From positions 19,347 to 83,346 of the forward strand of contig JBKHVI010000006.1 in assembly GCA_046570105.1 (NCBI GenBank): 64,000 nt of DNA, written 5' to 3'. This document shows positions 28,956 to 38,330 of the stretch, one piece after another (position 1 is the stretch's first letter; each line of letters begins with the position of its first letter). The stretch is from Bacteriovoracia bacterium (lineage in GTDB: Bacteria > Bdellovibrionota > Bacteriovoracia > Bacteriovoracales > Bacteriovoracaceae). A model generated the notes under the pieces. That model saw only the letters and a program-made list of their open reading frames with translations, was not told the origin of the DNA and ran no database searches. The position numbers were made by a program, and so were the translations under genes.

Positions 28956-29821
28956 TGTTCAGCTGGATTTTTTATGCCATCTTCAGCGCCTTTGCTCAAG
29001 ACACGACATTGGCGCAGGAAAAAGAACTTGATGTAGTGGACTTCCAGCATGTCAAAGATGTCTTGAAGAAAGATGGTCTGATGCAAGAAGTGCAAAAGAA
29101 GAAAAAAGAAGTCAGTCAGATTAGAGAAATTCGTGCCGAAGAAGAGAAGGCACGATATTTATGGCCTACTGAAGATGATTTTTGGCCACTAGCGACTGAA
29201 TACTGGTTAGTAAAAGAAGCACCCTTGTTGTTATGGGATTTTGATCGACCAGATTATGGGTTAGAAGGTTCATTTGCGACGGTACTTAAAACGGTCGGTA
29301 TGTTGCAAAAACGTTATAGGATTTTGGCGCTCAATGCTCCGGCGCCAGGACACCTCGGATTACCATGGTCGGATCAAGAATTCTGTCTGCTTTTTTCGGT
29401 ACCATTTGTACGTGCAATGGATCTAAGTAAATTAGAAATTTCGCTCCTCCTTCTCGAAGATGTTTTACGTTTACAAGAAGGATGGTTGAAAGATTTTGCC
29501 CGACCGGCCAATCTAAAAACTCTGGTAGGTAGTAATTTCCAAGGGAAAAAGCCTGATTACTCTGCCTTTTATGAGGTCGGTAAGTCTTATCGCAAGTTCT
29601 TAAGTGAAAAGGGCTACAGCTTTCAGCAACAATTTAAGATCACAAAAAAAATGAACGATCTTTTAAAGTCGCATCCGGATTTATGGAATGCTTATGTACG
29701 ATTGTTAGGAAAGATTGATCGACTGGTGAAAGGCAATCGTCAGTTTGCCGATTACGTAAAACTTTATCCTTCTCCTGAAATGCAGATTCGTTGGCTTGCG
29801 CCCGAGGAAAAAGTTCCGTGA
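28952..29821 (+). CDS. Secreted hypothetical protein, degenerate M48-peptidase-like
   Basis: Signal peptide; NAPAPGHLGLP..LLFSVPFVRAMDLSKLEISLLLLED; ends YPSPEMQI. Confidence 0.65.
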   Translation: MMFSWIFYAIFSAFAQDTTLAQEKELDVVDFQHVKDVLKKDGLMQEVQKKKKEVSQIREIRAEEEKARYLWPTEDDFWPLATEYWLVKEAPLLLWDFDRPDYGLEGSFATVLKTVGMLQKRYRILALNAPAPGHLGLPWSDQEFCLLFSVPFVRAMDLSKLEISLLLLEDVLRLQEGWLKDFARPANLKTLVGSNFQGKKPDYSAFYEVGKSYRKFLSEKGYSFQQQFKITKKMNDLLKSHPDLWNAYVRLLGKIDRLVKGNRQFADYVKLYPSPEMQIRWLAPEEKVP

Positions 29822-30660
29822 TTCTTGATATGACCCTTGATGAAAAGCTGGATTTTCGGCGCAATCTTCGATGGTGGTCTTTCTATATTCTCATTCAAGT
29901 GACCTGCCATATTTGTCTTAGTTCTATTGGCGCTTTTTTCCATTTCTTGCTCGATCACGGCATCTCCTTGGTTGAAGGGTGGCTGCATAATAATGGTTGG
30001 GAGCTGGCGGTCGTTTCAAAACTCTTTGCTCTGTGGATTGTTCATCGCATGCTGCGTATTCGTTTATATAATCCGCGAGGATTACGAGATTTTGTTAAGG
30101 GCCAAGGACGCTGGCCTGATCAGCGAGCGATTGTTGTTTCGGTAGTGCTATTAATCGTACTTATTTTGGTTGGTGGCCCCGTTCATCAGGTCCAAAATTC
30201 GAGTTATTTGAGTTATCACATCGTTTCATTTTTTGCCGCGGCCACTTGGCTAATCGCCGACTATTTTACTGCAGCAATTTTACAAGATCTGTTTCCTGTC
30301 ACTCATAAAAAGGCCAATCGTTGGCGCCTAGCAGTTTATCTTTTAGGTTTTTGGATTTCTTTTCGTTTGGTTGTTCCAGACTATTTTGGAACAAGCGTTA
30401 TGATGTATCTGCATTTTTTAGTGCTTCTCCTTATGACTGGAAATCATCTTCAGCATTTAGGTAATGCCTTAGCATATGTGTTACTGATGGCAGCCCCCAG
30501 TGCTGCACTCTTAGGGGTAGATCCAATTTGGGGAGCAGATTTCTCTCCATTCAAATTAATTAGAATGCCGCCAGCACCTTTCCTTCTGTTGGTGTGGGTG
30601 CTATCTTTGTTCTACTATCGTTACCGTCATCGCTGGCGCTGGCGTTTTCCTGTTTCATAG
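29818..30660 (+). CDS. Polytopic membrane hypothetical protein
   Basis: About 7-8 hydrophobic segments; start uncertain. Confidence 0.7.
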   Translation: MILDMTLDEKLDFRRNLRWWSFYILIQVTCHICLSSIGAFFHFLLDHGISLVEGWLHNNGWELAVVSKLFALWIVHRMLRIRLYNPRGLRDFVKGQGRWPDQRAIVVSVVLLIVLILVGGPVHQVQNSSYLSYHIVSFFAAATWLIADYFTAAILQDLFPVTHKKANRWRLAVYLLGFWISFRLVVPDYFGTSVMMYLHFLVLLLMTGNHLQHLGNALAYVLLMAAPSAALLGVDPIWGADFSPFKLIRMPPAPFLLLVWVLSLFYYRYRHRWRWRFPVS

Positions 30661-30695
30661 AGGAAAACTACGCGCCCGACACAAAGGAGTGTGGT

Positions 30696-31394
30696 GTGCA
30701 CGGCAATCTCAATATCTGGGAAATTCTTTGGCAATCTGGTCCAGTTGTAAAAATCGTACTGCTACTTTTGGTAGCATGCTCGGTTCTTTCGTGGGCGATC
30801 ATCATTCAAAAGATGAAAGAACTCAAAACTGTCGATGAGGCCAACTCTAAGTTTATGAGTGCGTTTCAAGGCAACACCAATATGGGTGAGCTTTTTCAAG
30901 CGGCGATGGGTAATCATGATTCCACCATGGGCCTGATGTATCGCCGCGGTTATGAAGAAATTAATCGCCTTAACGAAAAGTTGTTAGATAAAGCGGCGCT
31001 TGCCGAATATCTCAAAAGCCAAAACTTTGTTCCCGTAGAGCGCGCTTTAAAACTAGGCGTTTCACAAGCGCAAGAAAAACTCGATCTGCGTATTGCTACA
31101 CTTGCTACTATTGGAGCAGTTGCACCCTTTATTGGTTTGTTTGGAACTGTTTGGGGAATCATTGATGCCTTCTCTGGTCTCGCATCTGGCGGAGGCTCAA
31201 TCGAAGCAGTCGCTCCTGGTATTGCTGAAGCCTTGGTTGCCACAGCAGTAGGCCTTGCGGCCGCTATTCCGGCCGTGTGGTTTTTTAACGGATTCAATAC
31301 TCGCTTGGCCCGTATGTCGGGTCAGATGGAAGCGTTTGGACAAGACTTTTTAAATATGGTGGAGCGTTCATTACTTTCGCTTCGTCGTGAGTAA
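30696..31394 (+). CDS. tolQ: TolQ (MotA/TolQ/ExbB family)
   Basis: APFIGLFGTVWGI, VAPGIAEALVATAVGL; AAGGAG before GTG 30696. Confidence 0.92.
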   Translation: MHGNLNIWEILWQSGPVVKIVLLLLVACSVLSWAIIIQKMKELKTVDEANSKFMSAFQGNTNMGELFQAAMGNHDSTMGLMYRRGYEEINRLNEKLLDKAALAEYLKSQNFVPVERALKLGVSQAQEKLDLRIATLATIGAVAPFIGLFGTVWGIIDAFSGLASGGGSIEAVAPGIAEALVATAVGLAAAIPAVWFFNGFNTRLARMSGQMEAFGQDFLNMVERSLLSLRRE

Positions 31395-31402
31395 GAGGTT
31401 GT

Positions 31403-31816
31403 ATGGCATTTTCCACTGGAAATAAAAAAGGTCCCATCGGCGATATCAACGTAACTCCACTGGTGGATGTTATGTTGGTACTTTTAGTTATCTTCATGGT
31501 GACGGCACCGATGATGTTTAGTGGTATCCCTTTGAAGCTTCCTAAAACAGGAAAAGTTTCTCCACTTAATATGCGTCCAGAATTGGTCATTTTATCTGTT
31601 ACGGTTGGCGAAGAATTTTTCTTAGGCAAAGAAAAAGTGGCTCGTGATGTGTTGGTCACTCAAATCAATGCCAAGCTTAAGGCCAACAATACGGACGTGG
31701 TCTATTTACGTGCTGACTATGAATTGAAGTATGAGAAAGTAGCAAAGCTCATCTCGGCTTTAAAAAATGCCGGCATCTCCAATATCGCACTCGTGACTGA
31801 AATCGAGAAAACGTAA
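31403..31816 (+). CDS. tolR: TolR (ExbD/TolR family)
   Basis: INVTPLVDVMLVLLVIFMVTAPM. Confidence 0.92.
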   Translation: MAFSTGNKKGPIGDINVTPLVDVMLVLLVIFMVTAPMMFSGIPLKLPKTGKVSPLNMRPELVILSVTVGEEFFLGKEKVARDVLVTQINAKLKANNTDVVYLRADYELKYEKVAKLISALKNAGISNIALVTEIEKT

Positions 31817-31826
31817 AGGATCATAC

Positions 31827-32627
31827 TTGAACGTTTGGGAGCGCGACCGTCATTTCGTTTCTGATGATTTTAAATCTAGCTTCATGCTGGCGATCGCTCT
31901 GCATCTCTTTTTAATCATGATTGCCTTCATTGCCGGCCGAGTGATTTATAAAACCATGAAACCCGACGCAGCGATGGAAATCATGCGAGCTTCTGTGCGA
32001 GTTGATGTTGTCGGCATGCCTAAGATGACTCTGCAGGAACTCAAAGAAATGCAATTGCCTGCAGAAGCACCAACGACTGAACCCAATCCTGCTGAAGCCA
32101 CCAAAACTGAAATCACCGAAGCACCAGCGAAGCCTGATGATGTGGTCATGCCCGATGAGAAAAAAACCACCAAGTCTTTTTCAAACTTTCTGCAAGAATA
32201 CAGTACAAAAAAAGTGAAGACTTCTACCAAAACCAAACAAGGTGATCGTGCTGGTAAGCCGACTGGTCTTGATAGTTTGATCGTCGAAGGTAATCGTTTG
32301 AGCAAGGGAACAGCTCTCACGGGTGATACCAGTGATATGGCGAACTCGGCTTTTGTTGGCTACGTGCAAACACTGCCTGATCAAGTACGAGAGCATTGGC
32401 GTCTGCCGGGCTTTTTGCGTGAACAGCAATTGAAGTGCCGCATTCATATTTGGATTGGGTTACGTGGAGAAATTTTAAAAACTGAAATTCGTGAATCCAG
32501 TGGCAATAGTGAGTTTGATTCAAAAGCAGAAGCAGCAGTCAGAGCGGCGGCACCCTTTGGAGCACCACCTGTCGATGCCGCCCCTCAGCTATCAGCTCGC
32601 GGTATAATTCTAGGTTTCCCACTCTGA
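31827..32627 (+). CDS. tolA: TolA/TonB-like energy transducer
   Basis: TM with LHL motif, Pro-rich linker, TonB_C SSGNSEFD..A..AV..AAPF. Confidence 0.8.
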   Translation: MNVWERDRHFVSDDFKSSFMLAIALHLFLIMIAFIAGRVIYKTMKPDAAMEIMRASVRVDVVGMPKMTLQELKEMQLPAEAPTTEPNPAEATKTEITEAPAKPDDVVMPDEKKTTKSFSNFLQEYSTKKVKTSTKTKQGDRAGKPTGLDSLIVEGNRLSKGTALTGDTSDMANSAFVGYVQTLPDQVREHWRLPGFLREQQLKCRIHIWIGLRGEILKTEIRESSGNSEFDSKAEAAVRAAAPFGAPPVDAAPQLSARGIILGFPL

Positions 32628-32637
32628 AGGAGTTGTT

Positions 32638-33978
32638 ATGAAGTTCTTTTTTGCGATCTGTTTATTTTCTTTTTCATTGCTGAGCTACTCACAAGAGGAA
32701 GGAAAAGTTTCAGTTATCGCAGTGGGTGAGGCACAAGCAGAGAAAGACCAAGTCGCTTTCGGGACGGCGCAAGTCGTGGGTACGATGACCCCTGCTCAAT
32801 CTAAAGTGATGAATGAGCTGATGGGACTGATTAAAAACGATTTTGCTTTTTATAAGCATCGCTTGGAAGCCGTTGAATTGTCAGGTCCTGTAACTGCACC
32901 TCAATGGGATGAATGGAGTTCTAAGCAATTTGTCATTGGAATAAAAGCCGAGGGAGCAGGTGCCGGAGTGAAGCTCACTGCGGAAGTGTATAGTGTTTTA
33001 AAGCGACAAAGTATGGGCAGTGATTCAATTACCGCCGCAGGCATAAATGTACGTGATCAAGGCCATAAACTGGCCGATGCCATTTATCGTAAAATCACCG
33101 GCAAAAAATCAGTCTTCCAAGAAAAGATTATTTTTGTCTCGGATCGCTCGACAGTTGGGAAAGACACCAGAAAAGAGCTCTACAGTATGGACTTCGATGG
33201 CCGCCGAGTAGAGCGTCTGACATTTTTTAATTCCACCGTTATTTCTCCGTCGGTGGCGCCAGGCAATCGCAGTATTATTTTTTCTTTGATTCAGTCACAT
33301 AAACAGACTGATCGTAAAAACAAAGAAACCAAAAACATCGATTTAAAAGTGCTAGATCGTGACACCAAAAAATTCACCACTGTCTCGGGCCATCCGGGAG
33401 TGAACTCAGGTGCCGTTTATAGTGCTGATGGAAAAAGCATCTATTTTACTCTCACGAAATCAGGCAACGCTGATATCTATGAAATGAATCTTGCGACTAA
33501 GCAGTTGCGCCAGATTACCAAGCACTATGCGGATGATGTTGATCCCACTGTGACTGCCGATGGAAACAGTATGAGTTTTCTGTCGAATCGCGCTGGCAAA
33601 GCGCACATCTATATCATGGATCCTCGTGGCAATGATCAGGCCGCCCGTCGTGTGAGTTTTGTTGGTCAATTCAACGCTTCTCCACGCTATTCACCCAACG
33701 GCCAAGCGATTGTCTTTACCTCGTGGGTAGATAATGGCTTTGATCTTTACCGCATCGATAGTCAGGGAAATAATCTCGCTCGTCTTACTAAAGACTTTGG
33801 CTCGAATGAAGAGCCCTGGTGGTCACCTGATGGCGAGTTCATCATCTTTACATCTCAACGAGTTCTCTCGCGCTCTAAAGCGCTCCAGGATATCCATATT
33901 ATGAATCGCGATGGCGAGATCCTGGGTCAGCTCACTCAAGACTTCGGCCGCTGCTATAGCCCGCGCTGGACGAACTAG
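32638..33978 (+). CDS. tolB: TolB beta-propeller protein
   Basis: Signal peptide, HKLADAIY..TG, PD40 repeats (P.WSPDG). Confidence 0.9.
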   Translation: MKFFFAICLFSFSLLSYSQEEGKVSVIAVGEAQAEKDQVAFGTAQVVGTMTPAQSKVMNELMGLIKNDFAFYKHRLEAVELSGPVTAPQWDEWSSKQFVIGIKAEGAGAGVKLTAEVYSVLKRQSMGSDSITAAGINVRDQGHKLADAIYRKITGKKSVFQEKIIFVSDRSTVGKDTRKELYSMDFDGRRVERLTFFNSTVISPSVAPGNRSIIFSLIQSHKQTDRKNKETKNIDLKVLDRDTKKFTTVSGHPGVNSGAVYSADGKSIYFTLTKSGNADIYEMNLATKQLRQITKHYADDVDPTVTADGNSMSFLSNRAGKAHIYIMDPRGNDQAARRVSFVGQFNASPRYSPNGQAIVFTSWVDNGFDLYRIDSQGNNLARLTKDFGSNEEPWWSPDGEFIIFTSQRVLSRSKALQDIHIMNRDGEILGQLTQDFGRCYSPRWTN

Positions 33979-33992
33979 CCTAATATATAGAC

Positions 33993-34020
33993 GGCCCCCT
34001 TGATCCTAGGGGGTTTTTGT
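33993..34020 (+). terminator. Rho-independent terminator after tolB
   Basis: GGCCCCCT-loop-AGGGGGTT-TTT. Confidence 0.7.
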
Positions 34021-34206
34021 TGATATTTCTGTCCAAATCCTAGTTGCTGACTGGCTAACTATTCAAAACTGCGTGGTTTTTCGTACATTTATTGAACACC
34101 GCAGCAAAATAGTCTTGTAATATTTTTAGGCATAATGTACTCTTTTCATAGTTACGCATTGCACAAAATGTGTCTTTAAACTCGTTTAAGTGTCAAGGAG
34201 TTCAAC

Positions 34207-35718
34207 ATGAAAAGCGCTGCCCTAAAACCTGAGCTAGCTACCCTTTGTACCCAGCTTCTCTCAAATCTTGATGAGGTAGTATTCTTCTCTCAATTGAGTG
34301 GCTTCTTTGCTCAGTCCTTGAACGAACACAAAATCCAAGTTTATGAAGCACTGGCAGACGGCTCAACTCGTCTAGTTGCTGAGAACGGTTTGTCAGTTGA
34401 TGGAGCAATCCTTGCGAAAGGCATTGGCCTCTCAGGCTACGTCGCTCGTATGAAGCGCGCTTATTACTCAAACAATGTTAAGCGTGATCCTATTACAGCT
34501 CACTCAACTCGTGATGAAGTAGTAGAAGCTGAGCTTGCTGTTCCAGTCATGATCGACGGAACTGTCATCGCCACTATCCACGTTCAATCAGCTAATAAAG
34601 AGCGTCAGTTCTCTGATAAAGATGTCACGGGCATTAACGAAGATCTGAAAGCTCTCTCGGCTCCGATTCGTAACATGCGTTTGTACTTGGTTGCTCGTCA
34701 TATGGCGCGCGAACTTGAAGCAAAGCTCGCTGTTCGTGAACAAGAGCGCATTGCTGGTCCAAAATTTGATATTAAAACGGGCTCACAAGATAACGGCGAG
34801 CGCGTAAATTTGATCGCGGTATCTAAGTCGATGCTTGAAACGATCAATATTGCTAAGAAGCTTGCCACTCAAGACTTCCCAATCCTTTTGGATGGCGCTC
34901 ATGGTGTTGGTAAGAAGATTCTTGCTCGCAAAATTCACTTCTGGAGCCACCGTAAGAACGGCGCTTGTGTCCTTGTTCACTGTACTTCAATGAACGAAGT
35001 AGCTTTGGATATCGAGCTTTTTGGTAAAAAAGGTAAGAAGGGCGCGTTTGCAGAAGCGAACGGCGGCACCTTGATTCTTGATGATATTCAAGCTCTTTCA
35101 CACAGCTTGCAGGCGAAGATTCTTCGCGCCATGGTGACTGGTGAAGTGGTTTCTTCAGACAACGAAGAAAAAACTATGATCAACGTACGTGTGATCGCCA
35201 CTTCGAAAGGAAGCCTTTCTGAAGCTGTTGAAAAAGGTGACTTCAAAGCAGAACTTTTCATTCGCTTGAACACCATGAATGTAAAAGTCGCTTCACTTCG
35301 CGATCGTACTGAAGATATCCGCGCTATCTCTGAGTTCTTCTTGAACGAAGGCCGTGCTCAGAATGAAACAAAGATTTTGACGGCAGCTGCTCAAGCAAAA
35401 TTGGCAGCTTATCACTGGCCAGGAAACGTTCAGGAATTGAAAGGGATCATGGAGCGCGTCGCCATCGTGGTTGAAGGCCAGTATGTAGACGAAAGCCACC
35501 TTCCTGAGTTGCGCTGCGAAGAAGTGAAAGAAGAAGTAAAAATCGAAGTTAAGTTTGAAGAAGTGGCCCTGCATGACCTCGAGAAGAAGCATATCTTGGC
35601 GACACTTGATCACTTGAGTGGCAACAAGACGCGCGCTGCGAAGTCTTTGGGCATCACAGTGAAGACGCTTTATAACAAGCTGCACAGTTATGGAATGATC
35701 GAGGCTCGCGAGGTTTAA
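34207..35718 (+). CDS. GAF-AAA+-Fis HTH regulator (atypical bEBP)
   Basis: GAF N-terminus; WPGNVQEL; GNKTRAAKSLGITVKTLYNKL; GAFTGA absent. Confidence 0.88.
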   Translation: MKSAALKPELATLCTQLLSNLDEVVFFSQLSGFFAQSLNEHKIQVYEALADGSTRLVAENGLSVDGAILAKGIGLSGYVARMKRAYYSNNVKRDPITAHSTRDEVVEAELAVPVMIDGTVIATIHVQSANKERQFSDKDVTGINEDLKALSAPIRNMRLYLVARHMARELEAKLAVREQERIAGPKFDIKTGSQDNGERVNLIAVSKSMLETINIAKKLATQDFPILLDGAHGVGKKILARKIHFWSHRKNGACVLVHCTSMNEVALDIELFGKKGKKGAFAEANGGTLILDDIQALSHSLQAKILRAMVTGEVVSSDNEEKTMINVRVIATSKGSLSEAVEKGDFKAELFIRLNTMNVKVASLRDRTEDIRAISEFFLNEGRAQNETKILTAAAQAKLAAYHWPGNVQELKGIMERVAIVVEGQYVDESHLPELRCEEVKEEVKIEVKFEEVALHDLEKKHILATLDHLSGNKTRAAKSLGITVKTLYNKLHSYGMIEAREV

Positions 35719-35790
35719 TACCCTCGCGTCCTGATCAAGAGTTGTAATCCTTGTAGCAAAAAAGTATTATTTATCCTTTAAGGAGCTTGT

Positions 35791-36003
35791 ATGAAAGCCA
35801 CGATCGAAGAAAAAGTAACTCCAGCAGCACCAGAAGTGATGACACTTAAAAACTTCCGCACTAACAATGCTGATATCGAGAACTTCTACCGCTTCTTGCA
35901 TGACAACGGGATCCGTCGCGAAGCTGGCATGATGATCGAGTACGCAATGGACAAGCTAAAGAAGGCCCGTAAAGGCAAGCGCGCAGCTAAAACGTTACAG
36001 TAA
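35791..36003 (+). CDS. Small basic hypothetical protein
   Basis: AAGGAG SD, 70 aa, followed by a terminator. Confidence 0.75.
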   Translation: MKATIEEKVTPAAPEVMTLKNFRTNNADIENFYRFLHDNGIRREAGMMIEYAMDKLKKARKGKRAAKTLQ

Positions 36004-36016
36004 AAAATTGATTATT

Positions 36017-36044
36017 AAGGGATCCATGGAGGATCCCTTTTTTT
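36017..36044 (+). terminator. Rho-independent terminator
   Basis: AAGGGATCC-atgga-GGATCCCTT-TTTTT. Confidence 0.85.
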
Positions 36045-36063
36045 CTCTTCTCAAAGAAAATAC

Positions 36064-37497
36064 ATGGATGTGACAGCGAACCAACTCAAGCAAAGAGTCT
36101 TCTACGATCCTCTCTACGGTCATATTTCACTGACCAACCTAGAGTGGGCGATTATCCACACACCTTTTTATCAACGTCTGCGCTGGATTCGTCAGCTCGG
36201 TTTCACTTTTTATACTTTTCCTGGCGCTGAGCACTCGCGCTTTGGTCACTCCATTGGAGTGATGCATAACTCACACATGATATTGAAGGCCGTCGGCCGT
36301 GCTGTTTCTGATCGCGAACTCTATGACGACAAAGTGGTGTCGGGTGCGAAGACCTATCACCAAAGCTTGCGTCTCGCGGCACTCTTGCATGATTTAGGGA
36401 CTTTTCCATTCTCTCATACTACCGAGATGAGCTACATCCGTTACGGTGAAACGACCAAGGTGAAAAATGGCAAAGGCCATCCGGATGATCATGAGCACTT
36501 GGGGTCTTTTATTATTAAGAATACCGACTATGAAGGCGGCATTACTTTTCTTTTGAAGCGTTATGGAATTGATCCCCAACGCATTTCTGATCTTGTGAAA
36601 GGTCAGGACAAGAGCGTGCTGGCCAATCAAATTTTGCATTCAGAAATTGATTGTGATCGGATGGATTATCTTTTACGTGATGCTCACTACTCAGGCATTC
36701 ATTACGGCACTTATGATCGTGATTATCTTTTGAACCACTTTCGCTCAGTGAAGGTTGGCGATCACGATATTATGGCGATTAACCATAATGCTCTTCATGC
36801 CGTCGAAGATTTTTTGATGGCCCGTTATGCCTGGTACTCACAAGTGATTCGCAGTGCTCGCGGGGCACGCTTTGATGCTATCGCTGAAGAGATGTGTTAT
36901 CACTTGTTGGAAAAAAATCGTATTTATACCTATTCCCAGTTAATGGATATGGTGGCCCACGATCCTAAGCGCTTCTATGGTTTTAATGATCAGTACTTCA
37001 TGCAAGTGGTGCATAGTAACTACATGACAGGGGAGTTTGATAAAACTCCACGCTTTAAAGATATGGCGAACCGACTGTTGTTTGAGATTGCCCCGCGCAC
37101 AGTCCGTTGTGATGAATTTAAGCAACGTCTCCTTGACCAAGATGATGATCAAGGTAATGAAAAAATTCTTCGTCGTGCCCAAGAAAAACTTCAAGAGATC
37201 AAAGATGTCTTGAAGAAGAAGGGGACTGATGTGGATTGGGTCTTAGAAGACTTCCCTAAAAAACATATTGTCTTCGTCAAAAGTCGCAAGAAATTGGTGA
37301 AGTCCAAAACCACCGATAATCTCCTCTTAGAGCGTGATCCGGCCAAGATTCTGTTGGATAACGGGGAAGTACGTTTGTTAGGGGATATGGAAAATTCGGT
37401 GATTGCCAGCCTTCAGAACAAATTTAACTTTGTACCAAACGTCTATTGTACTGAATCTGCGTGGGAGATCCTACGTCAGGAAGGTATTGTTTCCTGA
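36064..37497 (+). CDS. HD-domain dNTP triphosphohydrolase (SAMHD1-like)
   Basis: DPLYG, FYQRLRWIRQLG, HSRFGHSIG, LLHDLG, FSH, HE, DCDRMDYLLRD. Confidence 0.88.
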   Translation: MDVTANQLKQRVFYDPLYGHISLTNLEWAIIHTPFYQRLRWIRQLGFTFYTFPGAEHSRFGHSIGVMHNSHMILKAVGRAVSDRELYDDKVVSGAKTYHQSLRLAALLHDLGTFPFSHTTEMSYIRYGETTKVKNGKGHPDDHEHLGSFIIKNTDYEGGITFLLKRYGIDPQRISDLVKGQDKSVLANQILHSEIDCDRMDYLLRDAHYSGIHYGTYDRDYLLNHFRSVKVGDHDIMAINHNALHAVEDFLMARYAWYSQVIRSARGARFDAIAEEMCYHLLEKNRIYTYSQLMDMVAHDPKRFYGFNDQYFMQVVHSNYMTGEFDKTPRFKDMANRLLFEIAPRTVRCDEFKQRLLDQDDDQGNEKILRRAQEKLQEIKDVLKKKGTDVDWVLEDFPKKHIVFVKSRKKLVKSKTTDNLLLERDPAKILLDNGEVRLLGDMENSVIASLQNKFNFVPNVYCTESAWEILRQEGIVS

Positions 37498-37631
37498 GTG
37501 AACTGGGCAGGTTTTTCCCTGACCAAAGGACGCTTGCCGAACGTTTCTGCACCCCGATACAATAAAGGGGCCTACACAATAGGCACGCCAAGATGGCGAT
37601 TTAGCATAACTTTTCCGCCGAGGATGCACGG

Positions 37632-38330
37632 ATGTATACCCAGCGTTATTCCCCTCAATCATCAGCGGTCCCTAAGGTCCGCCCTGTTTTTCATTTTGAT
37701 AATGTCACCGTCGACTTTGGTAAAATCAAAGCTCTTCGCTCCATTCAATTAAGCGTGTTGCCCAAAGAAATTCTTTTTGTAACTGGTGCTTCAGGCGCAG
37801 GTAAATCGACATTGTTAAATTTGATGGCAGGCCTGGTTGATCCCACCAGTGGGAAAATGCATCGTATGCAGGACGACTCGAAATTTTTCGTCGCTTCTGT
37901 CTTTCAAGACTTACGTTTATGGTCACAAAAATCATGCGAACAAAATATGTGGGTCAGCTACGATCCACGTCTGTATGATTCACGCGAACAATTTCACAAA
38001 GAATTGATCGAACTCTCTCGCGTGATGGGTGTTTACGAACATCTTGAGCGCAAGATTGAAGACTGTAATGGTGGGCTCAAGAGTAAAGTGGCCATGATCC
38101 GTGCACTATTAGCAAAACCAGACGCACTCTTGGCGGATGAACCCACTTCAGCGCTCGATCGCGAGGCCAGTTTCCGTTTATTTGAACTACTCAGTCACTA
38201 CAATCAACGCAAAGGTTTGACCTTGGTTTGGGCGACTCACAATCGTGAGATGGTGAAGCAGTTCCCAGGTAAGGTGGCGCACCTCGATCAAGGGCGCTTA
38301 ATGTATGCGGGGCAAGCATGTTTTATCTAA
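37632..38330 (+). CDS. ftsE: FtsE-like ABC ATP-binding protein
   Basis: GASGAGKS, VFQD, LADEPT, ATHN; upstream of FtsX/EnvC-like genes. Confidence 0.75.
   Translation: MYTQRYSPQSSAVPKVRPVFHFDNVTVDFGKIKALRSIQLSVLPKEILFVTGASGAGKSTLLNLMAGLVDPTSGKMHRMQDDSKFFVASVFQDLRLWSQKSCEQNMWVSYDPRLYDSREQFHKELIELSRVMGVYEHLERKIEDCNGGLKSKVAMIRALLAKPDALLADEPTSALDREASFRLFELLSHYNQRKGLTLVWATHNREMVKQFPGKVAHLDQGRLMYAGQACFI

Noticed and set aside
29818..30660. Possible CPBP/CAAX intramembrane protease
   Set aside because: No EExxxR or FxxxH motifs are visible, so it is left as hypothetical
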